Shown here: piece by piece, positions 1 to 8,700 of the stretch | How positions within the stretch are numbered: the stretch's first letter is position 1 | Layout: every line of letters begins with the position of its first letter | Virus record (IMG/VR): IMGVR_UViG_3300043775_000882 | Span: 1-44,445 of that record | DNA length: 44,445 nt | From: a virus | Lineage: Duplodnaviria; Caudoviricetes | Reading direction: 5' to 3' (one strand) | Program-made: the position numbers and the translations under genes | The notes under the pieces: model-generated | Told to the model about the DNA's origin: nothing | What the model saw: only the letters and a program-made list of their open reading frames with translations | Database searches by the model: none

Positions 1-2
1 TA

Positions 3-224
3 GAATGGATTGATAATAAAGATGGTTCTTGGACTATTAAACGAGTTGATTATGTGGCTGGTTCTACGCAATTAGACTTTAGTTCATACGACGAAATTAT
101 TGAATGGCCATTGGACTTGACTTCAGTAGATCCAGTGGTTTATGATGAAACGATGAAAGGTTTGACGAAATTAACGCCAGTCAAAGCTGGTTGGTCTGCT
201 CAGTTCATATTAAATACAAAGTAA
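3..224 (+). CDS. 3' part of a small protein, probably AbrB/MazE-like DNA-binding family (truncated by the window start)
   Basis: Frame 3 is open from the window edge to TAA at 222-224 and reads EWIDNKDGSWTIKRVDY... The WxDNxDGSWxxK stretch resembles the end of small phage AbrB-like proteins. Not in the ORF track. Confidence 0.5.
   Translation, partial: EWIDNKDGSWTIKRVDYVAGSTQLDFSSYDEIIEWPLDLTSVDPVVYDETMKGLTKLTPVKAGWSAQFILNTK
211..216 (+). promoter_or_regulatory. Candidate T4-type late promoter core TAAATA
   Basis: TTAAATAC about 60 nt upstream of the ATG at 276; same core as the motifs in front of the structural genes. Confidence 0.4.
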
Positions 225-229
225 TACGT

Positions 230-251
230 GTGGGTAGTTGAAACTACCCAC
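230..251 (+). other. RNA stem-loop (9-bp stem GTGGGTAGT/ACTACCCAC, loop TGAA) followed by GGTTTT
   Basis: Perfect inverted repeat in the space between the stop at 224 and the ATG at 276. Could be a weak terminator or a 5' stabilising hairpin. Confidence 0.6.
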
Positions 252-275
252 GGTTTTCCACCAATACGGGAATCA

Positions 276-773
276 ATGATGATTAAAGACGCACTTAAAA
301 AGATAACAGGTATTGCTGCAATGGAAGAATCCGCAGCAGCAACTATTAAACAACTAGAAGACGCAGAGGCTAGACTTCAGAAAAAGATTAAGACTGCTGA
401 GAAAGCAACTAAAGCTGCTGAACAAGCAAAAGCCGAAGCAGAAGAAGCTATTATCAAAGCAGAGCAGCAACAAGCCAATTACGCATCACCTAAAGATAAG
501 GCAACCGCCAATGGTGAACCTTGGGTTGGCGTGCTTGAAACACATGTAAATGCTGATAATATCCGCAATGGGTTCTTTGAACTTGATTGGAATGATATGT
601 TTATCACCCAATTAAGAAATAACGGCTATGGTGCTAATGGTGATTCTGATGAAAGTATCATCGACCGTTGGTTTAAAGAATTATGTGCTAATGTTGTAAT
701 GGAAGATGATTACCCAAGTGACATTACTACTGGTACACTTGATATTGCCTCTGTTTTGAGAGCAAACGCATGA
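276..773 (+). CDS. Conserved phage hypothetical protein (N-terminal Ala/Glu/Lys coiled coil; C-terminal GEPWV...GFFELDWN...DRWF domain)
   Basis: The ORF track gives 228..773. The ATG at 276 (or 279) follows GGGA and lies after the hairpin, so it is the more likely start. The stop overlaps the next gene (ATGA). Confidence 0.75.
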   Translation: MMIKDALKKITGIAAMEESAAATIKQLEDAEARLQKKIKTAEKATKAAEQAKAEAEEAIIKAEQQQANYASPKDKATANGEPWVGVLETHVNADNIRNGFFELDWNDMFITQLRNNGYGANGDSDESIIDRWFKELCANVVMEDDYPSDITTGTLDIASVLRANA

Positions 774-1789
774 GCCACATCCTAGTTGATTTATCAAATA
801 CGTTTTATAGAGCAAGATTCTCTATTAACGGTGATGTTGACCTTAAACTAGGTATGGCATTTCATATTACGTTGCATTCCATTAAGAAAGCATGGGAAGA
901 CTTCGATGGCAGTCATGTGGTTGTTTTCTTAGAAGGTCGTAGTTGGCGTAAAGACTTCTATCCACCTTATAAACGTAATCGTTCTGATACGAGAGCAGCA
1001 CATACTGAAAAAGAAGCAATTGAAGAAAAGGTTTTCTGGGAAGCGTATGAAAAGTTAGCAAACTTCTTAACTGAAAAGACTAATTGCACGGTATTGCAAC
1101 ATCCTCGTTTAGAAGCAGATGACTTGATTGCTGGTTGGATTCAAAACCATCCTAATGATAATCATGTTATTATTAGTACAGATAGTGATTTTTATCAGTT
1201 AATTGCACCGAATGTACGTCAATATAACGGTGTTAGTGAAACTACCGTATGTGAAAGTGGATTCTTTGATGTAAAAGGTAAGTTAGTTATTGATAAGAAA
1301 ACAAACTTACCTAAACCACCACCAGATCCACAATGGTTGCTATTTGAAAAATGTATACGTGGTGATACGTCTGATAATGTATTTTCTGCTTATCCTGGGG
1401 TTCGTACCAAAGGAACTAAAAACAAAGTTGGTTTACTTGAAGCATTTGAAGACAAAAAACACAAAGGTTTCAGTTGGAATAACCTAATGTTGCAGAAATG
1501 GACAGATCACAACGGTACTGACCATCGTGTTTTAGATGATTACAATCGTAATTGTACCCTGATTGATTTGACCAAACAACCAGCTGATGTACGTGCTATT
1601 ATTGATGAAACTATTCGGTCAGTTGAACCAAAGTCTATTAATCAAGTGGGTTCTAGGTTAATTAAGTTTTGCGGATTGTATGATTTAAAGAAGATTTCAG
1701 ACCAATCTATTAAGTATGCATCTCCATTAGGTGCTTCATATACAACGAACGGAGTTAAACATGAGAAACATGACTTTGCCGACAATTGA
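770..1789 (+). CDS. rnh: T4 RNase H-like 5'-3' exonuclease (FEN/PIN-like fold)
   Basis: Motifs ILVDLSN, EGRSWRKDFYPPYKRNR, LEADDLIA, ISTDSDFYQL and GDTSDNV match the acidic metal-binding motifs of T4 RNase H and Pol I 5' nuclease. Confidence 0.92.
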   Translation: MSHILVDLSNTFYRARFSINGDVDLKLGMAFHITLHSIKKAWEDFDGSHVVVFLEGRSWRKDFYPPYKRNRSDTRAAHTEKEAIEEKVFWEAYEKLANFLTEKTNCTVLQHPRLEADDLIAGWIQNHPNDNHVIISTDSDFYQLIAPNVRQYNGVSETTVCESGFFDVKGKLVIDKKTNLPKPPPDPQWLLFEKCIRGDTSDNVFSAYPGVRTKGTKNKVGLLEAFEDKKHKGFSWNNLMLQKWTDHNGTDHRVLDDYNRNCTLIDLTKQPADVRAIIDETIRSVEPKSINQVGSRLIKFCGLYDLKKISDQSIKYASPLGASYTTNGVKHEKHDFADN

Positions 1790-1997
1790 AAGATTGTTTC
1801 AACGAGTTGCAGCTGCTGAGAAATCTCAACAGAAAGATATTCGACTTTCTATACAAGAAGCTCGTGAGTTAGCCACTGAATTGGCTGGCATGACTATGAA
1901 TCTAGGTAAAACAGTTACTGAAATTCATGGTATGTTGGCTGAAATCAAAGAATCTTCTACATCAGTTGAAGTTAAGTTTGATGGTGGTGGTTTCTAG
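1761..1997 (+). CDS. Hypothetical protein (helical; ends VKFDGGGF)
   Basis: ATG at 1761 preceded by GGAG (1751-1754); same frame as track ORF 1731..1997. Confidence 0.75.
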   Translation: MRNMTLPTIERLFQRVAAAEKSQQKDIRLSIQEARELATELAGMTMNLGKTVTEIHGMLAEIKESSTSVEVKFDGGGF

Positions 1998-2392
1998 TGG
2001 ACTTGAAATCCAAGTACACTAGGATATTCCTTGAAGTGGCTGGGCTGCCAGTTGACGATGTTTCAGTAAAAGAACATAGAAGTCGCTGGTGGGCCAACCT
2101 AAGAGCAACCAATCGAGGTTTAAGATTAACCGAAAAAGGGTTGCAATTTTTACTTTACCGTGCTAATATTACATCATATGAAGTAAACTTAAAGATCGAA
2201 GGTGATGTAACTGCTCAACTGTTGTTGCAATTAGACGAGTTTATTACTTGCCCTTGGTTTGCAAAGCATGGTATAATTGTTGTATTCTGTGAGAAAATGG
2301 CATTTGAATTGATGCTATACGATGGAGATCTTAAAAAGTTGGGTAATAACAAAGCATCTGCTAAGAAATTCCAGCAAGAAATCGGAGACTAA
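1997..2392 (+). CDS. Hypothetical protein (131 aa)
   Basis: ORF whose GTG start overlaps the upstream TAG; operon-like packing. Confidence 0.75.
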   Translation: MDLKSKYTRIFLEVAGLPVDDVSVKEHRSRWWANLRATNRGLRLTEKGLQFLLYRANITSYEVNLKIEGDVTAQLLLQLDEFITCPWFAKHGIIVVFCEKMAFELMLYDGDLKKLGNNKASAKKFQQEIGD

Positions 2393-2395
2393 ATA
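2390..2395 (+). promoter_or_regulatory. Candidate late promoter TAAATA overlapping a stop codon
   Basis: CTAAATAT; the TAA is the stop codon of 1997..2392. Confidence 0.4.
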
Positions 2396-2397
2396 TC

Positions 2398-2655
2398 GTG
2401 TATACTCCACTAGATATTGTAAAGAAAAGAGAATTAAAAACCTTACCACCACATTTCCATAAAATCGAGATGTGTTATGATAAGGAGCAGGAAGTAAGAG
2501 AATGGATTCGAAATAGACTTTCAGGACGATTTTGTATAGTTAGATATCCTAGTAATAACAAGGATTCTGGAAAAACCGCCACCTTTGTGGCTTTTGAAAA
2601 CATGCATGAACTCACGTATTTCGCGTTAGCATGCACATTCTTTAGAGGAAATTAA
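2398..2655 (+). CDS. Hypothetical protein (85 aa)
   Basis: Fills the gap between neighbours on the same strand; has a WIRNRLSGRF...FVAFE...ELTYF pattern like small phage proteins. Confidence 0.7.
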   Translation: MYTPLDIVKKRELKTLPPHFHKIEMCYDKEQEVREWIRNRLSGRFCIVRYPSNNKDSGKTATFVAFENMHELTYFALACTFFRGN

Positions 2656-2656
2656 A

Positions 2657-2929
2657 ATGACTGAAGCTGTATTAGAAGCAACAACCGCAACCGTAGAATC
2701 TACAGAAACTGTTGATACTACAACTACTACAACCGCAGCAGAAGCATCTACACAAGCAGCTGATGCAGCACCTGCTCCTGAATTAACTTTAAATGACTTA
2801 GCTGTATTACGTCAAATCATTGAAGTGGCATCACAACGTGGTACATTCAAAGCAGCTGAATTGGAATCTGTTGGTAAAGCATTCAACAAATTATCTACTT
2901 TCTTAGACGCTGCTGCATCACAAGGCTAA
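2657..2929 (+). CDS. Hypothetical protein (Thr/Ala/Glu low-complexity N-terminus; LTLNDL..IIEVASQRGTFKAAEL core)
   Basis: Strong RBS GAGGA before the ATG at 2657. Confidence 0.8.
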   Translation: MTEAVLEATTATVESTETVDTTTTTTAAEASTQAADAAPAPELTLNDLAVLRQIIEVASQRGTFKAAELESVGKAFNKLSTFLDAAASQG

Positions 2930-2935
2930 TCAATC

Positions 2936-3721
2936 ATGAGAACTCTCAAACACATTGGTAAAATTGCAAAAACCAAGGAAAATGTTCTTGTTGTATTCAG
3001 AACATTACCAGGTGATTCAGGCAGTGCTTTAGTATTACCAACTGCTGGTTTGTCAGATTTGTATCATGATGCAGTTAATCAGTTGGTTGAAACAATTCAA
3101 GCACAAGAATCATTTGAGTTTGGTGAAATCTTATTCACTCGTATGTTCCCAGATGGTCGTCCAATGTTACGTGCATTACGTGCTGATGGGTTGTTACATA
3201 AAGTACCAACTGATTCAGTTATGATGATGCCTACGTTGAATGATGAAATCTTGCTGTCAGATTTGAATGTTTTAATTGCAGAACAACGCAATTGTGCAGT
3301 TGATGATTTGTGCCAGTTTGTTTCTGGTGCTAAAGCAAATGCTGCTGCAAATGAAAATGCAGATCCGGTTCAAGATTTAGGTCGTGATGTTGGTGAACCA
3401 GTTAGAGCACAAGCTCCAGTTGCGCCGCTACAAGCCAATGCAAATGCTGTATTGTCTGATGCAGATATTGCTAAAAGCTATCGTAGTCAAGCAGAATCTC
3501 TTTTGAAAGAGGCTGCTGAACTTCGTAAACAAGCTGATGATTTAGACCCACCTGCTGTGGTTGCAGCAGTTGAAGCTAAACCAGTAGTAAAAGCACAGGC
3601 TAAACCTGCTACAAAGACTGCTACCAAAGCTCCTGTAAAAACAGTAGCTAAAACTGCTACGAAAACCGTTGCGAAAACTACTTCTAAAGTAGTTGAATCA
3701 AAGGAAACTTCTGACGCATAA
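2936..3721 (+). CDS. Hypothetical protein with a Lys/Ala/Thr-rich (histone H1-like) C-terminal tail
   Basis: 261-aa ORF followed by the terminator; the tail reads AKPATKTATKAPVKTVAKTATKTVAKTTSK. Confidence 0.8.
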   Translation: MRTLKHIGKIAKTKENVLVVFRTLPGDSGSALVLPTAGLSDLYHDAVNQLVETIQAQESFEFGEILFTRMFPDGRPMLRALRADGLLHKVPTDSVMMMPTLNDEILLSDLNVLIAEQRNCAVDDLCQFVSGAKANAAANENADPVQDLGRDVGEPVRAQAPVAPLQANANAVLSDADIAKSYRSQAESLLKEAAELRKQADDLDPPAVVAAVEAKPVVKAQAKPATKTATKAPVKTVAKTATKTVAKTTSKVVESKETSDA

Positions 3722-3733
3722 GTTGTAGATGTT

Positions 3734-3771
3734 AAAAAGCCCCAGATACTTCTCGGTATCTGGGGCTTTTT
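3734..3771. terminator. Bidirectional rho-independent terminator
   Basis: AAAAAGCCCCAGATAC-TTCTCG-GTATCTGGGGCTTTTT: perfect stem with A5/T5 tails between the convergent genes ending at 3721 and 3775. Confidence 0.93.
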
Positions 3772-3774
3772 GTA

Positions 3775-5715
3775 TTAAGAGTAGAATGAATCGGTTGGTG
3801 GTGTGAATGTACCAGAATACCTAGCAACGCCTTTGGTTACTCTCAATTCATCAATGTAACCAGTGTATTGCCAGGTACCATGCCCACCTATCTGATTAAC
3901 ATTAACGTTTGCTGTTAATCCAGTGATTGCTTTTGGTATACCGGGTATACCATTTACATATACCGTTACTTCAGTTCCGTCATAAACAGCAGCAACGTGG
4001 CTCCATTGATTTAATGATACCGCCGGACCATATACCCAAGCGGTATTTGTGTAAGCGAATGAAAGTCTTCCATTGTGTGAAGCATTATCAACAGCTAACT
4101 CCCAAGTATCGCATATAATAATACATCCATGGTCATTCGTGTCAAATCTAGTTGGATAAATCCACGCCTCGACTGTAAATGCACCACTAGAAAACCCTAA
4201 TTTGGTAGTTAATGGTGTTGATATGTAATTACCAGCAACATTTGGTACATTGATAGAACCCGATCCGAATTTCTTTATGTTGGTATCAATAACTACGGAT
4301 CCATGTGTAGTTAATGGTAAATTGTTATTTGATAAATCAACAAATGTATTGCTACCTTGAATACCATTATCGGCTGTTACTAGTAATTCTACATTATTCC
4401 AATGTGGGTCTGATGGGACGAATGGAACAGTAGCGACCAATGGGAAATAATACGCAGCACCAGAGTCAATACTACCAAACGGGTCATTACCAAGTGAACC
4501 AACGACTACACCTGTTCCTGCATCGTTTAATGATACAGCACTACCTAAGTTATCACCTGCTTCTGCATCACCGGCTGTTAGTTTTAATGATTGAGTCCAG
4601 ATTGAACTACTACGTTCAAACACATACACAACGCCAGCAGCTGCTTTAGTTGGTATATTCGCGTATATCGTTCCAACGGTAACTTTATCACCTGCTGCAT
4701 TGATAGATACCGAATAACCGAACTTATCACCAGCTTCTTTGGCATCCGCAGTCAATTGCGCTTCTAAAGCCCATACGGTGCCGGTTCTTTTGTAGATATA
4801 AGCAGCACCAGCACTTATAATTCCAGTTGGACTTTCACCTATTGCACCAATAACAACTCGATCACCTATAGCATCCATCGCAACACTCCAACCAAACTGA
4901 CCGTCATTTGATGGGTATGGTGGTTCTAACCAGATATCTCTAGTCCATGCCCCAGTGAGACTAGCTCTCCGATGAATAGTAACTACACCAGAATTAGTTT
5001 TTCCTTGATTATTATCACCTGGCCCACCTTCGATACATCTTTCACCATTGGCATTGCATGCAACCGACCATCCATGATGAGAATTACTTTCAGTTGCTGA
5101 TGTTGGTAACATATCATCATCAGTGTTCCATTTTAATCCAGCCCAAGTATTGCCTTTTATTAGAAACGTGTGCACAAACCCTACATTAGTACCGTCACCT
5201 TCATCACCATAGGCACCAACAAAAATAGCAGTACCATTGTCATTAATTGCTACCGAATTACCCCAGTAATCATTAGAACCACCATTACCACCAGGCAAAT
5301 ATAATTCTTCAGTCCATGTAGTACCAGACCGTTGAAATATATAAGCAGCACCTGAGTTATCTTGGTTGTAAGGTAATGCGTTGGCGTGTTGAGCACCAAC
5401 TATAATTCTATCACCAGTTTTTGTAATATCAACTGCACATCCAAACCAATCACCAGCAACGGCATTGGATGCAACTAATTTCGCCTGTTCTTCCCAAGTT
5501 CCGTTATTGTTATAATAAACATAGACTGCACCGTCGTCAACCGAACCAGCTAATGCGGATCCAACCACGATGTAATTACCATCACCACTCAATGCAACTG
5601 CAGAACCAAAGTTTGCACCTGCCTGCGAAGCAGTGTCAGATGCAATTATCTTTTGATACGCGGATGTTGCTATAGCAGCCCCATAAGTAACTAATAAATT
5701 TAAAAATCCACTCAT
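3775..5715 (-). CDS. Putative tail adhesin: FG-GAP repeat beta-propeller plus C-terminal LamG/concanavalin A-like domain
   Basis: About seven repeats of FGxAV(A/S)(L/I)xxxGxxxxVG...GAxYxF...W, then DPHWNNVELL...FTVEAWIYP...WSHVAAVYDG..VYVNG...YTGYIDELRVTKGVARY (Laminin_G_3-type). Confidence 0.85.
   Translation of the reverse strand: MSGFLNLLVTYGAAIATSAYQKIIASDTASQAGANFGSAVALSGDGNYIVVGSALAGSVDDGAVYVYYNNNGTWEEQAKLVASNAVAGDWFGCAVDITKTGDRIIVGAQHANALPYNQDNSGAAYIFQRSGTTWTEELYLPGGNGGSNDYWGNSVAINDNGTAIFVGAYGDEGDGTNVGFVHTFLIKGNTWAGLKWNTDDDMLPTSATESNSHHGWSVACNANGERCIEGGPGDNNQGKTNSGVVTIHRRASLTGAWTRDIWLEPPYPSNDGQFGWSVAMDAIGDRVVIGAIGESPTGIISAGAAYIYKRTGTVWALEAQLTADAKEAGDKFGYSVSINAAGDKVTVGTIYANIPTKAAAGVVYVFERSSSIWTQSLKLTAGDAEAGDNLGSAVSLNDAGTGVVVGSLGNDPFGSIDSGAAYYFPLVATVPFVPSDPHWNNVELLVTADNGIQGSNTFVDLSNNNLPLTTHGSVVIDTNIKKFGSGSINVPNVAGNYISTPLTTKLGFSSGAFTVEAWIYPTRFDTNDHGCIIICDTWELAVDNASHNGRLSFAYTNTAWVYGPAVSLNQWSHVAAVYDGTEVTVYVNGIPGIPKAITGLTANVNVNQIGGHGTWQYTGYIDELRVTKGVARYSGTFTPPTDSFYS
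3792..4420. repeat. Copy 1 of a ~630-bp direct repeat (LamG domain coding region)
   Basis: Aligns to 5759-6387 at a constant offset of 1967 nt. Identical blocks are 3792-3903, 3998-4016, 4085-4137 and 4331-4359. Confidence 0.92.
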
Positions 5716-5723
5716 TATATAGC

Positions 5724-8700
5724 CTATGGTTGAAATGTAAACGTTGGTGTGAACGTTGCGGTTGGTGGTGTGAATGTACCAGAATACCTAGCAACGCCTT
5801 TGGTTACTCTCAATTCATCAATGTAACCAGTGTATTGCCAGGTACCATGCCCACCTATCTGATTAACATTGACATTTGCAGTTAATCCTGGTATTGTAGC
5901 TGCTGTACCAGAAACACCATTTACGTATAATGTCAATTTAACACCATCATAAACCGCAGCAACATGGCTCCATTGATTTAATGGTACATTAGGCCCATAT
6001 ACTGCAGCGGTATTTGTATAATAAAATGTAAGTCTTCCATTATTTGATGCTTTATCAACAGCTAACTCCCAAGTATCGCATATAATAATACATCCATGGT
6101 CATTAACATCAAATCTAGTTGGATATATCCAAGCCTCAACTGTAAATGCACCACCGTTCAGGTCTAATAGACTGGTTAGTGGTGTCGATATAACATTACC
6201 AGCCACATTCGGTATATACATTGAACCAGTACCAAATTTCTTAATTGCGGTATCTATCACAACTGCAGAATTCGCAGTCAATGGCAAACTGTTATTGGAT
6301 AAATCAACAAATGTATTGCTACCTTGTGCACCATTGTCAGCAGTCACCAGTAATGAAACCTTATCCCAGTATGGATCATCTGCAACATACGAACCTAGCT
6401 GGAAGGTGTATGCAGCACCTGCTTTCAATGGGTTTGTGTTCGGTGCACCGATAACTGCCAAATCACCAGTTGAATTCAATGAAACTGAAGTACCAAATGC
6501 ATCGGTTGCTGCTTTGTCGTATGGTGTAATTATCGCGTCCTGAATCCAAGTTGTTCCAGATTTTACAAATTTATAAACTATACCAGACCCAGTTCTACCA
6601 CCAGCAGTCGCGTTATTTGCACCTACTAGGATAGTAGTACCTGCATCGTTTATCGTAACTGATGTTCCAAAATTAGCACAGGCTTGTGCATCAGATGCCA
6701 TTAATTTTGCTTGAATATCCCAAGTAGTACCAGAACCAGCAAATACATGAACCGCACCAGCTTTAGCTAAACCAAACGCAGACTCACCGGGTGCACCAAC
6801 TACCAATATAGTACCATCTGAATTTAATGCGATACTTGTTCCAAAGTTACCATCTGCGATTGGTGTTGGCGAATAGAATCCTTTTTTCAATGACCACGAT
6901 TTTGACGTCGTACCAGTTCTTGTATGCAATCCAACATAGCCAGCATTACTAATACCAGTAGCTGAACTTGAATACCACCCTTGGTTTGCATCGCCTGGTG
7001 CACCCTCAACACATACAAGCATGTTAGAAGATATAGACAATGCCGAACCATGTAACGCATTTGCTTCCCCAGCACCGGTTGATATACCAACTCTATCAGC
7101 AAATGTTACGGTTGACCAAGAATTACTTTCTGCGTAATATGCAACAATCGTACCGGTCGCAGTTGCCACGTCCCCACCTGGGGCACCAACCAAAATCATG
7201 GAACCGTCGTTCGACATAACCACTGAAAAACCAGCATAGTCATACTGATTTCCATTTGTATTTGGGTCTGGAATAAACACTTCCTGATCCCAGGATTCGC
7301 CAGTTCGTTTGTATATATACGTACCACCCTGGTCTACTTCGGAGTTGTAGTCTCTATAAGGCGCACCGACTACGATTCTATCACCAATTGCATTTATATC
7401 AACTGAATACCCAAGCTGATCGCCAGAAGCCCATGGGTCTGCCATTATCAACGAAGAAGCCATTAAAGTCCATCTATTACCAGTTCTCTTATGGACCTCG
7501 AAATTCAATGCTCCAAGTTGATCAACCAGCGGTGCGCCAACAACTAAGTAATTTCCATCACCACTAATCGCGCAAGATTTACTGTATTTTGCACCAGGGA
7601 ATATCGTATCACTAATAGAAAATTTCTGAGTTTGAACCGGCACTGCGATTTCGACCCCTTTACCAAAAACATTATTCGCAGCTAGCTTGAATGCTGGGTG
7701 TTGATCAACGTTAAAATTAAAACCGATCATTGGAAGTGTACCAGTGCGAGTAATAACTCCGTTTGCTGGACTACTTGCAGTCGTCGTGTAACTAATAACT
7801 TCTGCAGAACCATCTTTTAATGGTGCGTCTGAATTTACATAATATATTTCAGAACTACCAGGTAATCCTGATTGCAATGCTGCTACCGAATATTGCGGAG
7901 CCATTGGTTGAACGTAGATAGTTACTTCACCGTCTAAGCCAGCAGTACCCGTAATTTTAGTAGTAGCGCCTAAACCACCAGTATTGGTGTTTATTACAAA
8001 TGGTGTGCCGGTCACTGCTGGTTGTGAGTTATCATATGCAATATTACCGGAGGTTCCAGCAGTAGCGCTTCTGCTACTATCAGCACCTTTAAGGTTAGTT
8101 CCAATAGTTGTGACAAAACCACCACTGCCACCTGCACCACCACCATCACCGCTTCCACCACCGTCACCTGCAATACCATCAGTTCCTGTTAAAACAGTAA
8201 CGGTGGTATTTGTACCGGTTGCGTCTATTCCGTCTCTAGCCGAACTACCACCCCCGCCACCTCCTCCACCACCAGCGACTACCAACTCAGTGGTATCAGC
8301 TATAACCGCAGTGGCACCACCACCACCGGCACCACCACCACTATAATTGTCGTTACGAACCGCACCACCATCGCCACCTTTTTTGTAGCCAGTACCGCCC
8401 AATCCACCACCAGCAGAAGTTGCATTCGATGTACCTGGATTCCCACCTTTACCGATAACAGCCGATAATGTTCTAACAGAACCAACTGGTTCTTTTGTTA
8501 TGATAGTATTTGCTGAAGCACCGTCACCACCATCACCATTGCTACCATCACGGCCACCGCCACCACCAGCACCACCGCGTGCTTTAATAGTAACAGCAGA
8601 AGCTAACGTTGGTAAGAATACTTGGGCATCGACATTTGTCGTGTATGGGAACGCGTCAATGATTCGAATAGCAGAGGTAGTTGCATTTATTGTGGTAAGT

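Noticed and set aside
3792-6387. Diversity-generating retroelement (TR/VR pair) at the adhesin C-termini
   Set aside because: Both copies are coding, the mismatches are mostly third-position and not adenine-specific, the best blocks are fully identical, and there is no reverse transcriptase in the window. A remote TR elsewhere in the genome cannot be excluded from this window.
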